Below are positions 19,949-29,805 of a DNA stretch of 64,000 bases, one piece after another. Numbering within the stretch: position 1 is the stretch's first letter; each line of letters begins with the position of its first letter. Both the position numbers and the translations under genes were made by a program. The DNA is taken from positions 62,001 through 126,000 of IMG/VR virus record IMGVR_UViG_3300047322_001237; one strand, 5' to 3'. The notes under the pieces were generated by a model, which searched no databases, was not told the DNA's origin, and saw nothing but the letters and a program-made list of their open reading frames with translations.

Positions 19949-21178
19949 ATGGCTTTGGAATTTTCACAAGTAGTCCACGGTCGGGAATTTGACGAATCCG
20001 GGACCGACCCGTTGAAACTGGAACTGGACCATTTCGTTCTCGACTGCAAGGACGCGGATCACAGCGTGGTCCTCTTGGGCGAGATCGGTGAATATCACGA
20101 ACAGATCGGGCAGGTGCAGGCCGAGATCCATCAGATCCTGGCGCCAGCGATCGAATCGAACCAGACCGATAGCATCGCTCTCGAAGGCTTCGGCGACACG
20201 TTCAAGCAATACTGGGACAAGCTCGTCGAGTTCCTGAAGAAGGTCTGGGCGAAGATCGTTCAGTTCTGTGAGTTGCATTTCACAATCCTGGGTCGCCGCC
20301 GGCTGTACATCAACCGGATGATCAAGAAGGTGAAGTCGCTGAGCACCAATCCGAACACCTATCAGGAACTGGCGAAGCAAGGTCCCTTCCGAATCACGGA
20401 CGGGCATGCGCGATACTTCGTGGTTGGTGGCCATGAGTGTTCGAACTTCGGTGAGCTGAACCAAGGCTTCGTGAAGACGGGCGAGGTCGTGGACTTCGTC
20501 ACCGGGGATTACGCCAAGACGATCGCGGCCCGCGCATCGGTGCTGGAAAGCGCCATCCAGGGCGCCACCGTCGAAAGCGCCGACGAGGTCTGGAGCAAAC
20601 TTTTCGCCGACATCGAAAAGCATTACAGCTTCCATAACCTGAAAGTCGACATGCTGGGCAATGTCTCTGTCATGTACGGCGCCGTCGTCGAGAAGGTGAA
20701 GGGAGAAACCCCGGGTCGGGGCCTCAAAGACCTGAAGCTGACTATTGGGGATTTGGAAGAAAGGTGGAAGGTCAAGCCCGATGGCCGCGGCTTCACTCCC
20801 ATGAAGATCGACGAGCTCGCAAAGATCTACGGCGCCATGGATTCGATGCTGGCAAAGATCGATGCGTTCAAGAACGGCGAATACAAGGAGATCATCAAGC
20901 ATTCGAGCACGATGATCTCAAGCACTGACAAGTTCGTGAATCTCGTGAGCGCCTACTTCAAGTCCGGAAAGGGCGGCGAAGGGAGTGGCGTGAGTGCGTA
21001 CCGCGAAATCATGAGTCTCAACCGGTTTTATCTGGAATGGATCAAGAGCCCGCTGACCGATCTCATCAAGTACATCACCGCGATTTTCCATTCCGTCAGC
21101 ATTGAGCTGGAAAAGAACATCCAGATGTATGCGCCGAAGCCAGCATCGAACATCTTCACCGTGATGGGCGTCGTCTAA
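19949..21178 (+). CDS. internal head (ejection) protein with propeptide
   Basis: Probable start MALEF; IALE followed by GFGDTFKQYWDKLVEFLKKVWAKI, typical of phiKZ inner-body paralogues. Confidence 0.7.
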   Translation: MALEFSQVVHGREFDESGTDPLKLELDHFVLDCKDADHSVVLLGEIGEYHEQIGQVQAEIHQILAPAIESNQTDSIALEGFGDTFKQYWDKLVEFLKKVWAKIVQFCELHFTILGRRRLYINRMIKKVKSLSTNPNTYQELAKQGPFRITDGHARYFVVGGHECSNFGELNQGFVKTGEVVDFVTGDYAKTIAARASVLESAIQGATVESADEVWSKLFADIEKHYSFHNLKVDMLGNVSVMYGAVVEKVKGETPGRGLKDLKLTIGDLEERWKVKPDGRGFTPMKIDELAKIYGAMDSMLAKIDAFKNGEYKEIIKHSSTMISSTDKFVNLVSAYFKSGKGGEGSGVSAYREIMSLNRFYLEWIKSPLTDLIKYITAIFHSVSIELEKNIQMYAPKPASNIFTVMGVV

Positions 21179-21196
21179 GATTTTTCGAAAAAAGGT

Positions 21197-21874
21197 TTGA
21201 AAATGTTCAGTTCATTATTGGGCCGTGCTCTTTTCTCGATTTCGATGGAGGAAGTGATCAACGGCCGCGAAGCAGAGTCCTACATTTCGGAAGACCCCGT
21301 GCTGGCAGGCATGGGCGGCGCTTGCGTATTTGTTTACCAGCCGTTCGTCAGGCAGCGCTGCATTAACTTCTTAATGTCGGTCGAGAAGAATCCGGACGAG
21401 GCGAGCAGCACCAACAACCCGTCGCTGGTGAAGGAGATCAAGGACATCGTCAAGATTCCGAGCGGTCTCAATCTCATGCTGTTCAGCAAGGCGCTGAAGG
21501 AGATGTTGTCGCCAGCGGAGTTCGATGCGGTGTTTCAGCACGAGTGCGGACACGTCCACCATCGCCATACCGAGACGCCGAGCTCCGGAACGCACGAGGA
21601 GTTCATCCAGCGTGAACTGGAGGCGGATCAATACTCGGTCGACAAGACGGGTGATCCAGAGGCGCTGATGACGGGGCTGGAAAAGTGCCTGAGATTCGGC
21701 ACCCAGCAAGCCGCGCTTTGGGAGCATGGAACGTCGGACTCATACATCCGCAAGCTGATCGACAGCGACATCATCGACGCCTTCACGTTCAAGAAGGTCT
21801 ACCTGATGGGCAAGGCACTGCACAAGAAGCGCTTCGACGCGCTCGAGCGCCTGGTCAAGGCAAAGAAGAAGTAA
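21197..21874 (+). CDS. zinc metallopeptidase (M48/zincin-like)
   Basis: FDAVFQHECGH (HExxH) plus ELEAD third-ligand motif; N-terminal SME site. Confidence 0.7.
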   Translation: MKMFSSLLGRALFSISMEEVINGREAESYISEDPVLAGMGGACVFVYQPFVRQRCINFLMSVEKNPDEASSTNNPSLVKEIKDIVKIPSGLNLMLFSKALKEMLSPAEFDAVFQHECGHVHHRHTETPSSGTHEEFIQRELEADQYSVDKTGDPEALMTGLEKCLRFGTQQAALWEHGTSDSYIRKLIDSDIIDAFTFKKVYLMGKALHKKRFDALERLVKAKKK

Positions 21875-21927
21875 CCAAAAAAAAAATAGGTAGCCGGAGC
21901 CATGGGTGCAAACCCATGGCCGTGGCA

Positions 21928-22089
21928 TCAACCGTCCTCTTTTTGTTTCTTCTCCTTCTGTTCCTCCCCGTCGTCAGCGTGATCGGTTTCTCCTAACTGA
22001 CGGTTCAGGATGATGTAGTCCGGTCTGAATCCTCGTGTTTTTTGATATTGAAAGAGTTTTTCCAGCAAGAATGATTTCAAGGACATCAT
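21928..22089 (-). CDS. small protein (53 aa), not in ORF track
   Basis: GGAG RBS; MMSLKSFLLEKLFQYQKTRGFRPDYIILNRQLGETDHADDGEEQKEKKQKEDG; own early promoter. Confidence 0.55.
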   Translation of the reverse strand: MMSLKSFLLEKLFQYQKTRGFRPDYIILNRQLGETDHADDGEEQKEKKQKEDG

Positions 22090-22112
22090 AGGCTCCGGGA
22101 TTTGTCAATTTA

Positions 22113-22135
22113 GTGATATATATTTCTAAAAAGAT
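22113..22135 (-). promoter_or_regulatory. phiKZ-type early promoter
   Basis: minus strand CTTTTTAGAAATATATATCAC. Confidence 0.55.
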
Positions 22136-22140
22136 AAGAT

Positions 22141-24267
22141 ATGTTTTCAGCACTGCGACGGCTGATCGGCCTCATTCGGGTTGAAGAATCAGGCGACTTA
22201 ATCAAGGTTTCAGGTTTGCCCGGCGACTCGGTCGCCAAAACGATCTTCGAAGTGTGGGGCACCAGCAAGATCGTGAACAACATGTTCACCAAAGTAAGCC
22301 CATCCGACGTTGTATTCAACAGGTTCTTCGCCCCTGACGTGGTTTATGCATTCACCCGCATCGTCAACGAGAAAAAGAAAGGACACAACATCCGGGCATT
22401 GAAGAAGGTGATCGAAGGCATCTACGAGCACACGTGGATGAAGACGACGATCATCAAGCATCCGGACATTCTGGACAAGTCTCAGCTCGGACAGCTCAAG
22501 TGGAGCCCGCTGGAGCACCAGGACGGCTTCTTCAAGTGGTTCAATGAGATGGTGCCGCGTTTCGGTTTGAAAGGCGCCATGCTCGGCGCAGGACCCGGTA
22601 CGGGCAAGACGTACATGGGGATCGCACTCGCTCTCCAGCTGCACGCGGATGTCGTGATCATCATCTGCCCGAGCCGCGCTGTGAAGAAGGTCTGGGAGGA
22701 CACGATCGTCACGCAGTTCAAGCGGCCGCAGCCCTACTGGCATTCCAAGATGGGGACGCCGCCGAAGCCCAAGCAAAAGTATTACATCGTCCACTACGAC
22801 TCGCCGCAATCGCTCCAGCGGTTCATGGAGTTCGCCAAGACGCAAAGCTGGCACAAGCCCGTCATCCTGCTGGACGAGTCGCACGGTCTGAACGAAGAGT
22901 CGGCGTTCCGCACGCAGCTCTTCATCGACCTTTGCGCGCTGGTGCGCTGCCAGTTCGTGTTGTGGGAGTCGGGGACGCCCGTGAAGGCCATTGGTGGCGA
23001 GATGGCGCCGCTCTTCCGGACGATCGACCCGTTGTTCGATCCAGACGCTCAGGAGCGGTTCCGGGCCATCTACGGCAAGGCGACTGCGCGTGCGAACGAC
23101 ATCCTCTCGCACCGTCTGGGCAAGGTGACGTACAAGGTCGACAGCAACAACGTGGTGAAGATCTCGGTGCACCATCCCGAATCGAAGATCAAGATCCCGA
23201 ACGGTGATCAATACACGCTCGCGTCGATCCGTACCGAAATGCGGACGTTCATCGACGAGCGGATCAAGCATTACACCAGCAACATGCGGATGTACGAGCG
23301 CATGTTCGATAACGCGTTGAGCTACTTCTACAAGACGCTGGTGACGGCCGAGCAGAAAAACGCCTTCAAGATCTACGAGCGGAACATCAAGCTGATCCGC
23401 AAGGGTTATGACCCGTCGGTAATGAAGGATGCCGCGGCCTACTGCAACAACTACGAGAAGAAGGTCATCATCCCGGCCTTGCCGAAGGAGCTGAAGGAGG
23501 ACTTTAAGACGTCGAAGTCGGTCGTCAAGTACCACAAGCTGAAGGTGCAGGGTGAGGCACTCGGACGGATTCTCGGCCGCAAACGTGCTCAATGTGTGAT
23601 CGACATGATTCCGTACATGGGGCTGGAGCACAAAATCGACACTGGCCTCAAGAAGACCCTGATGTTCACTAGCTACGTGACAGCGGTCGACGCGGCCGCG
23701 GACTACCTGAAGCAGCGCGGATACGGTCCGCTGCGCGTCTACGGCGAGACGAACAACGAGCTCGCACAGATGGTCACGGAGTTCGGCAAGAACGATGATG
23801 CCAACCCGATGATTGCAACCTATCAGTCTCTTTCGTCAGCGGTGCCGCTCATCATGGCCAACACCATGGTCATGTTCAATTCGCCGTTCCGTTCGTTCGA
23901 ATACGACCAGGCTGTGGCGCGCTGCAAGCGTCTCGGTCAGGACGAGGACGTCTACGTGTACGACATCGTGCTCGACACGGGCGAGGAGCCGAACATCTCA
24001 AGCCGCACGATCGACATCATGCACTGGAGCCGGGAGCAGGTGGACGAAATCCTGGGGTTCGAGAATACCCAGCTGATCGCAGCGGAGGCCTTGCAGGACA
24101 TGTCGCCGGTTGAGCAACACGGTTACAGGCTGGCAACTGAGGAAATCATCGAGCAGGAGTTTGAACAGGAGATGGCAATCATGGAAGGTCTGGATGTGGC
24201 TGAGGTCTCCGAGCGTCGTGATCCCGCCTGGGCGCACTGGGCGAGTCAATTTGGCCGGGCAGCTTGA
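22141..24267 (+). CDS. superfamily 2 (SNF2/DEAD-like) helicase
   Basis: GAGPGTGKT Walker A, ILLDESH Walker B, SGTP motif III, QAVARCKRLGQ motif VI. Confidence 0.85.
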   Translation: MFSALRRLIGLIRVEESGDLIKVSGLPGDSVAKTIFEVWGTSKIVNNMFTKVSPSDVVFNRFFAPDVVYAFTRIVNEKKKGHNIRALKKVIEGIYEHTWMKTTIIKHPDILDKSQLGQLKWSPLEHQDGFFKWFNEMVPRFGLKGAMLGAGPGTGKTYMGIALALQLHADVVIIICPSRAVKKVWEDTIVTQFKRPQPYWHSKMGTPPKPKQKYYIVHYDSPQSLQRFMEFAKTQSWHKPVILLDESHGLNEESAFRTQLFIDLCALVRCQFVLWESGTPVKAIGGEMAPLFRTIDPLFDPDAQERFRAIYGKATARANDILSHRLGKVTYKVDSNNVVKISVHHPESKIKIPNGDQYTLASIRTEMRTFIDERIKHYTSNMRMYERMFDNALSYFYKTLVTAEQKNAFKIYERNIKLIRKGYDPSVMKDAAAYCNNYEKKVIIPALPKELKEDFKTSKSVVKYHKLKVQGEALGRILGRKRAQCVIDMIPYMGLEHKIDTGLKKTLMFTSYVTAVDAAADYLKQRGYGPLRVYGETNNELAQMVTEFGKNDDANPMIATYQSLSSAVPLIMANTMVMFNSPFRSFEYDQAVARCKRLGQDEDVYVYDIVLDTGEEPNISSRTIDIMHWSREQVDEILGFENTQLIAAEALQDMSPVEQHGYRLATEEIIEQEFEQEMAIMEGLDVAEVSERRDPAWAHWASQFGRAA

Positions 24268-24325
24268 GATCAATCTTTTGATGAAGAACTCATCCTCAAC
24301 ACGACTATCCCATTAAGGACAGGAC

Positions 24326-25663
24326 ATGGACATTTTGCGCATGGCGCTGGAGAGCGGCGACGAAGCCGTCGAAGCGGAAGAAACCCTCGATCAAACGGTG
24401 CCGGAAGGCGATGATCAGTCCATCACGCATCTCGCGGAAGCCTGCGACGGCCACTTCGAGGCGGACGAACAAGTGTCGGTCGCCGCGGAGGCCATCTTCG
24501 GTTACTACGACGACCTCGCGTCGATGATCAAGAACAAGACGACATCGCCCATCGCTACGGGCCTGGTCATCAGGGGCGTGAACACGCACCTGCGCAGCGT
24601 CGGGCTGGAAGAAATCAGCTTCGTCGCGGTCGAGAACTATGGCACGCTCAGCTCCGAGCAGCAGGCCAAGATCGCGCTCGAAAGCGTTGGCACAACGCTG
24701 AAGACGTGGTTCTTCCAGGACACGGTATTGCACTTCAAGCACTGGAAGGACATCGTCCTCGACTCCTTCAAAAGCGTGGGCAGCAAGCTCGCCAAGTACG
24801 AGAAGAAGTGCGCGCAGAACAAGGCCGAGTTCGAAGCGAAGAAAGGAAGTCTGGACTCGACGATCGAGGTGAACCTGCACGGGCTCTCGTACTTCTTCAT
24901 GACGCGCGACGGCCAGCCGAAGAACTTCATGAGCTCGCTCGCGAAGGACTTGTCGATGTCGACGTATGTGCTCACACGCTATCCGGCGGCAGTCATCGCC
25001 GAAATCGAAAAGCTGACCAGCACGGTCAAGTCCGGCAACGCGAAGTCGAAGGCGAACATCGAGGCACTGGCGAAGAAGGTTGCTGCAATGAAGTCGCCGG
25101 CAGAGCTCTTCGACGGTTCTTACCTGGGTGAGGGCAAGTACTTCAACGTGACCAGCCTGAATGCCGAAGCAGGCAACGGCGGTGGCGACCGGCTCAACCA
25201 GTTGGGTCGCACCGGCACCGTCGTGGAAAGCACGTCCGGCGGTCACACGGCCGGTAAGGTGGCAACGTTCGCTATTCGCCAAGGCGCGTTCGGTCCGATC
25301 GGCAAGGCTGCATCCGCAGCCGCCTCCATCGCATTGTCCGAAGAGGTGCACCTGAGCGTGCGTGAGCTCGGCGAGGTGTTCGAGGCCGCGCAAGCCTACC
25401 TCAACAACGTCAAGACGTTCCTCGCCATGGAATCGAAGTTCGGCCAAGCAGTCGACGCGCTCGGCGCGGCGATGGCCGCACTCGGCAAGACGGCCGGCGA
25501 GCACCCTGACGCGGAGATCGGAAGCATCGGCGACAAAATCGAAGCATATGGCAAGACCTTGACGCGCGCGTTCCAACGTCCCGCTTTGCAGGAAGTGGCC
25601 CGTTCCATCCGTGCGAGCAAGTACTGCAACTACTTCGGCCTGCGCGGCATCTTCAACGGGTAA
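24326..25663 (+). CDS. internal head protein with propeptide
   Basis: MALES, AVE, IALES cleavage-type sites after an acidic leader. Confidence 0.7.
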   Translation: MDILRMALESGDEAVEAEETLDQTVPEGDDQSITHLAEACDGHFEADEQVSVAAEAIFGYYDDLASMIKNKTTSPIATGLVIRGVNTHLRSVGLEEISFVAVENYGTLSSEQQAKIALESVGTTLKTWFFQDTVLHFKHWKDIVLDSFKSVGSKLAKYEKKCAQNKAEFEAKKGSLDSTIEVNLHGLSYFFMTRDGQPKNFMSSLAKDLSMSTYVLTRYPAAVIAEIEKLTSTVKSGNAKSKANIEALAKKVAAMKSPAELFDGSYLGEGKYFNVTSLNAEAGNGGGDRLNQLGRTGTVVESTSGGHTAGKVATFAIRQGAFGPIGKAASAAASIALSEEVHLSVRELGEVFEAAQAYLNNVKTFLAMESKFGQAVDALGAAMAALGKTAGEHPDAEIGSIGDKIEAYGKTLTRAFQRPALQEVARSIRASKYCNYFGLRGIFNG

Positions 25664-25744
25664 ACCGCACGGTTGCTCAATCTTCGAGACAGGGGCTTCG
25701 TGCCCCTGTCTTTTTTGTTCTGCCCGAAAAGAGGCATTCTCATC

Positions 25745-27061
25745 ATGGAAACAAAATCGCCGGAGAGCGTCGATCTGGTTTCGCTGGAATCCCAGATCCA
25801 AACACTCGAGGGGCTGCGAGATCGTCTCGTGACCACTGGGACGTTCGACACCCGAATCGCACTCGAAGCGGACGCGCTCGATGGCAGCAGCAACATGGCG
25901 CGCTTGGTGTTTAGCGGCAGCTCTCGTGATCGCAAGCTTGGGCTTGCCATCGAGGGCATTGGGCGCTCGATCTGGGAAGCGATCAAGAAGATATACAGCA
26001 AGATCGCGGACTATTTCAAGCGGCTCTGGAATTGGCTGACCGCGAAAGAAAAGGCGGGACCGACGGAAGCACAAGCCGAGGAGGCTCATAAGGCCGCCGA
26101 GGAGTTCGTGCAGTCGGCCGACGAGATCCTTCGGGAGTCGGGTGGCGCCACGCACCATCAATCTGCTCAAGCGGCTTCCGCGCACACCGAGCAGAGCCAG
26201 ACTGCGCCGCCGAAGTCCGCGGGATCTGGCACCTGGTCAATGCAGGAGCTGTATGAAGCGTGGGACGCGGAATTCCCAACCTTCTCGCGCGCGTTTTCTC
26301 CGCTCGAACTCCGAATGTTTACGGAGCCGGACTACTACGAAAAGACCAACGGCATTCTGCGACAGGCGCTGCGAGACTTTGATGCCCACAAGGTCTTCGG
26401 AAACATCCGCGACCTCTTCGAGTCCGAGATGCGTGTTGCTGAGCAGCAGGATAAGCAAGGGAACGGCGCGCGCTTCGAGATCGATGCATATGTCCATAAG
26501 CGACTTGAGGACGCCTTGCCGGAAGGGCGGGCGGACAAGCTGGAAGGACTGATCGAGGGTGCACGGCAAGAGCGGGAGGAGTCCCTGAAAGGAGGCGCGA
26601 ACGCGCTGCCCAAACACCTGGAAGAGTGCAAGGAGCGGATGGAGCGGATGATCGAACGGGGATGGCGCGCGATGAAGGAAAACGACCGCGTGCGACACTA
26701 CTTCAATCTGAAGGACCTTGAGATGGTGACCGAGATGGTGAACGGTCAACTGAAAACCGTCGAGAAGATTGAGCAGTCTGGCGGTCCCGCTGACGCACAG
26801 TTGAAGGTCGCTCGGTTCTTCAGTCAATACCTGCGTACGGTCATCCCGTTTGTGCACAAAAACATGGAAGCGAGCAAGTTCGTCCGCGAGCTGGAATATG
26901 CGTACTGGCGAGCGATCGTCCACGTCGAAGTGCAGATCTCCGCAGCCATCCACAAGGTGTCGAAAGGCCGGGTCATTAGCGACCATACCAAGGCACTCTT
27001 GGAAAAGATGGACCGCACGATCAGCCAGCACAAGAGCTTCGGCGCGCTCTTCAGCAAATAA
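25745..27061 (+). CDS. internal head protein (paralogue of 27110..28375)
   Basis: Probable start METKSP; SLE..IALEAD..AIEG..IWEAIKK. Confidence 0.7.
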   Translation: METKSPESVDLVSLESQIQTLEGLRDRLVTTGTFDTRIALEADALDGSSNMARLVFSGSSRDRKLGLAIEGIGRSIWEAIKKIYSKIADYFKRLWNWLTAKEKAGPTEAQAEEAHKAAEEFVQSADEILRESGGATHHQSAQAASAHTEQSQTAPPKSAGSGTWSMQELYEAWDAEFPTFSRAFSPLELRMFTEPDYYEKTNGILRQALRDFDAHKVFGNIRDLFESEMRVAEQQDKQGNGARFEIDAYVHKRLEDALPEGRADKLEGLIEGARQEREESLKGGANALPKHLEECKERMERMIERGWRAMKENDRVRHYFNLKDLEMVTEMVNGQLKTVEKIEQSGGPADAQLKVARFFSQYLRTVIPFVHKNMEASKFVRELEYAYWRAIVHVEVQISAAIHKVSKGRVISDHTKALLEKMDRTISQHKSFGALFSK

Positions 27062-27109
27062 CAGGCTTGCGTAGCCTAGTTCTAGGCTGCCGGCGAGGAA
27101 GAGAAACCC

Positions 27110-28375
27110 ATGGAAATTATTAAAGATTCAACCGAATATCTCGCGCTGGAGTCGCAGCTCGATGCTTTGGTGACGGTCCGTAGCCAGCTGATGCAAAGCG
27201 GCTCTCTAAGCACGACGATCGCGCTTGAGGCCGACGCTGCACTCGGCGGCAGTCACTACGCAGCGCTGCAGTTCAGCAGCAAGACAAAGAGTGAACGCAC
27301 CCGCATCGCGCTCGAAGGGGTCGTCAGCACGGTCTGGGACACGATCAAGAAGCTGATCCGCAAGTCGGTCGATATGCTCAAGCGTTTCATCGGATGGCTG
27401 CGTGGCGACGGCAAGAAGTTCGACGAGGCGCACCTTCGCGGCGTGGAAGAGGCGGGCAAGAAGCTTGCCGATGGTATCGAGCGACTTGCGAAGATCCTCC
27501 AGACGGAGCATCTGCGTCAGCGGTACGAGGAGAAACTGTATTCGAAACTGATGGCAGATTCGCCGGCACAAACACGCGCGATCCTCGACGCCAACTCCGA
27601 GTACAGCAAGGCGATGGTGAGCCTGAGTCAGTCGTTCGATAAGGGCGACTACACGGAGATCATCGAGAAGGGCGTAGCGTCCCTGGTGGCCTGGTACGAG
27701 AAGGAAACCAAGCGCGCCGAGGAGATGGATGCGTCGGGTCAAGCCACGCATCAGGATCTCGAAGCCTTCGCGAAGGAACTGGACACCCAGGTCAGCACCC
27801 AGGAGGAAGGCAGCGGCACGATGTCGAGCCTTACCGCCCGTAATGCGTTGGAGCTCACGAAGGGACGCTACGACGCCATCAAGCAGGCGAAGACGTCCGT
27901 CAGTGGTGGTCAGTACGCCAGCATCCCGAAGGAAGTCTCTGCGCTCAAGAACACGGTTTTGAGTGCACAGACCCGCATCGGTGTGGCGGGCGCGTCGCGC
28001 TCCATGCGACAGGCCCAGCAGGCGCTCGAGCAGATGACGCAGCACCTCAATACCGTCTCCGTCAAGATTGACCGGCTGTCGTCGGAAACGGAGCAGGGCA
28101 AGGTGCTCGTGGCTCAGCAAGCCGTGGCGCGCGCCTTCGTCAAGCATCTCCGTGAACTGATGGACAGCTATCACGTCGTCATCGTTGCCCATGAGTTCCT
28201 GTATCAGGTCTGGATCGAGACGCAGAAATCGATGCTGAAGATTTGGCAGGAGATGGTCAAGATGTACGATGAAACGGTCGTGGATGAGCCGATGTCGGAT
28301 GCTCAGCGCAAGGACCGCGCCGAAGTTGAGAAGCAGGTTCGTACGACGCTCAAGGAGTACGCGGGTCTGCTCTGA
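27110..28375 (+). CDS. internal head protein (paralogue of 25745..27061)
   Basis: ALE..IALEAD..IALEG..VWDTIKK; N-terminus aligns by eye with the previous gene. Confidence 0.7.
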   Translation: MEIIKDSTEYLALESQLDALVTVRSQLMQSGSLSTTIALEADAALGGSHYAALQFSSKTKSERTRIALEGVVSTVWDTIKKLIRKSVDMLKRFIGWLRGDGKKFDEAHLRGVEEAGKKLADGIERLAKILQTEHLRQRYEEKLYSKLMADSPAQTRAILDANSEYSKAMVSLSQSFDKGDYTEIIEKGVASLVAWYEKETKRAEEMDASGQATHQDLEAFAKELDTQVSTQEEGSGTMSSLTARNALELTKGRYDAIKQAKTSVSGGQYASIPKEVSALKNTVLSAQTRIGVAGASRSMRQAQQALEQMTQHLNTVSVKIDRLSSETEQGKVLVAQQAVARAFVKHLRELMDSYHVVIVAHEFLYQVWIETQKSMLKIWQEMVKMYDETVVDEPMSDAQRKDRAEVEKQVRTTLKEYAGLL

Positions 28376-28382
28376 CCTGCGA

Positions 28383-28432
28383 GACGGCATAAGAGCCCAG
28401 ACCTCCTCCCGGGGGTCTGGGTTTTATGACGT
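28383..28432. terminator. bidirectional hairpin element at the core/accessory boundary
   Basis: gacggcataa-gagcccagacc...ggtctgggt-tttatgacgt. Confidence 0.8.
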
Positions 28433-28444
28433 TACTTTTGCGGA

Positions 28445-28552
28445 TCAGATCGACGACAACCAATTGAGGAAGTACGCGAGGCCTGCGATGATCGGCACGG
28501 CAAGGCATGTGTGATCAAGCGCGGTCAACTTCCTCGGTGTATCGCTTTCCAT
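28445..28552 (-). CDS. 35-aa membrane peptide
   Basis: GAGGA RBS; MESDTPRKLTALDHTCLAVPIIAGLAYFLNWLSSI. Confidence 0.4.
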   Translation of the reverse strand: MESDTPRKLTALDHTCLAVPIIAGLAYFLNWLSSI

Positions 28553-28563
28553 GATGTCCTCGC

Positions 28564-29403
28564 TTAGGCAGCTGCTTTGACCAAGTCGGGTTGTGCTTTC
28601 GGCGCCTCGGCGGACCGCATGAACTCGATCATCTTCGAGCACGCTTCGCCGATGCGTTTCTTTTCGAAGCGGTTTCGCCAGCCACACAAATAGTGCGCGG
28701 GTGTGTGCCACACGGCCCACGTCTGAAGCGTCAACGAGTTACCGTGAACGACCGTCGCTGGAATGCCGAGGAGGGCCAGTTGCACGTACGCCATATGCAC
28801 GCAGGTCGGATCGACGTCAGTGCAGGTTGCGTGCAGCATGGTGGGGTAGTTCAGGCCTTTCTCGTGCATGGCCTGTGCGACTGCGACGACCATTCCCGCC
28901 GATCCGCATGCCGGCTCGTCCATGGTGATGAATCCGCGCTTCCGGATCTCCGAACCGTCGCCGACCGTGACCATCTTGGCCATCATCAGGGAAACCTCAT
29001 ACGGCGTGAAGAATTGCCCCGCCCGTTCATTTCCCAGGTCAAGCGCCATGAAGATCTGGCCCAGTACGTCCCCGATGCTGTCGACCGACTCCCTCAAGCC
29101 TGCGTCGCCCAGAAGGTCGAGCCGCGACTGATAACACGCTTGGAGCTGGCCGAGTGTGCGCGCGAACAGATCCAGCTCTTCCTTCTTGTAGTTCTTGATG
29201 ACCTCCATATAGCGCTTCTCGCGCCTGTCGTAGTTGATCAAGTCGAACTTGTTGCTGAGCGCGAGCGCCGACATTTCGATGAAGTCGCAAAACACTTTGT
29301 ACGGGTTGTGGCGGATGGAGAACTGCTGTAGCGACTTAACCACCTCGCCCTTGTAGGGGTCCGTCCAGACGGGCGATCGATTCAGCTTCGCGCGCCTGCT
29401 CAC
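28564..29403 (-). CDS. N6-methyltransferase (HsdM-like) SAM-binding protein lacking the NPPY/F motif
   Basis: GQFFTPYEVS, EPACGSAGM, DVD, HGNSL motifs present; no NPP(Y/F); probable GTG start at 29403. Confidence 0.75.
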   Translation of the reverse strand: MSRRAKLNRSPVWTDPYKGEVVKSLQQFSIRHNPYKVFCDFIEMSALALSNKFDLINYDRREKRYMEVIKNYKKEELDLFARTLGQLQACYQSRLDLLGDAGLRESVDSIGDVLGQIFMALDLGNERAGQFFTPYEVSLMMAKMVTVGDGSEIRKRGFITMDEPACGSAGMVVAVAQAMHEKGLNYPTMLHATCTDVDPTCVHMAYVQLALLGIPATVVHGNSLTLQTWAVWHTPAHYLCGWRNRFEKKRIGEACSKMIEFMRSAEAPKAQPDLVKAAA

Positions 29404-29744
29404 GATGCGTTCTCCGCAGCCTTCGCCTTTTCCTTCTCCTCGGCTAACTTCTTCTTGGTCGCCTCGGACTTCTCCTGACATTCCTTCTGAAGCTTGCCGT
29501 AGACGTCATTGCTGGCGCTGTCGATCTCCCCAACGTTGCAGAGGAACGCCATCTGGTGGACGATCATTCGGATGGCTGCGTCGTCACGGACCTGCTGCGT
29601 ACCCATGTTCTCCTGATGCTGGCACTGGTTGATGGCCCGCACTAGCGAGCGCGCGACACCGCTGAGATTGCATGCGCCTTCCTGAATGAAGAGGGCGTCA
29701 CTGTGACGGTTGATGGCATCTTGGTTCATGTTGTCGAGGCTCAT
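29400..29744 (-). CDS. hypothetical protein
   Basis: coupled operon, about 114 aa. Confidence 0.65.
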   Translation of the reverse strand: MSLDNMNQDAINRHSDALFIQEGACNLSGVARSLVRAINQCQHQENMGTQQVRDDAAIRMIVHQMAFLCNVGEIDSASNDVYGKLQKECQEKSEATKKKLAEEKEKAKAAENAS

Positions 29745-29805
29745 TTGCTTTCCCTGAAATGACAACGCCCGCTTGTCGCGGGCGCTTCGTTCGTGAAACC
29801 GCTTA

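Noticed and set aside
28564-29403. Functional type I restriction-modification system
   Set aside because: No hsdS or hsdR nearby, and the catalytic NPPY/F motif is absent.
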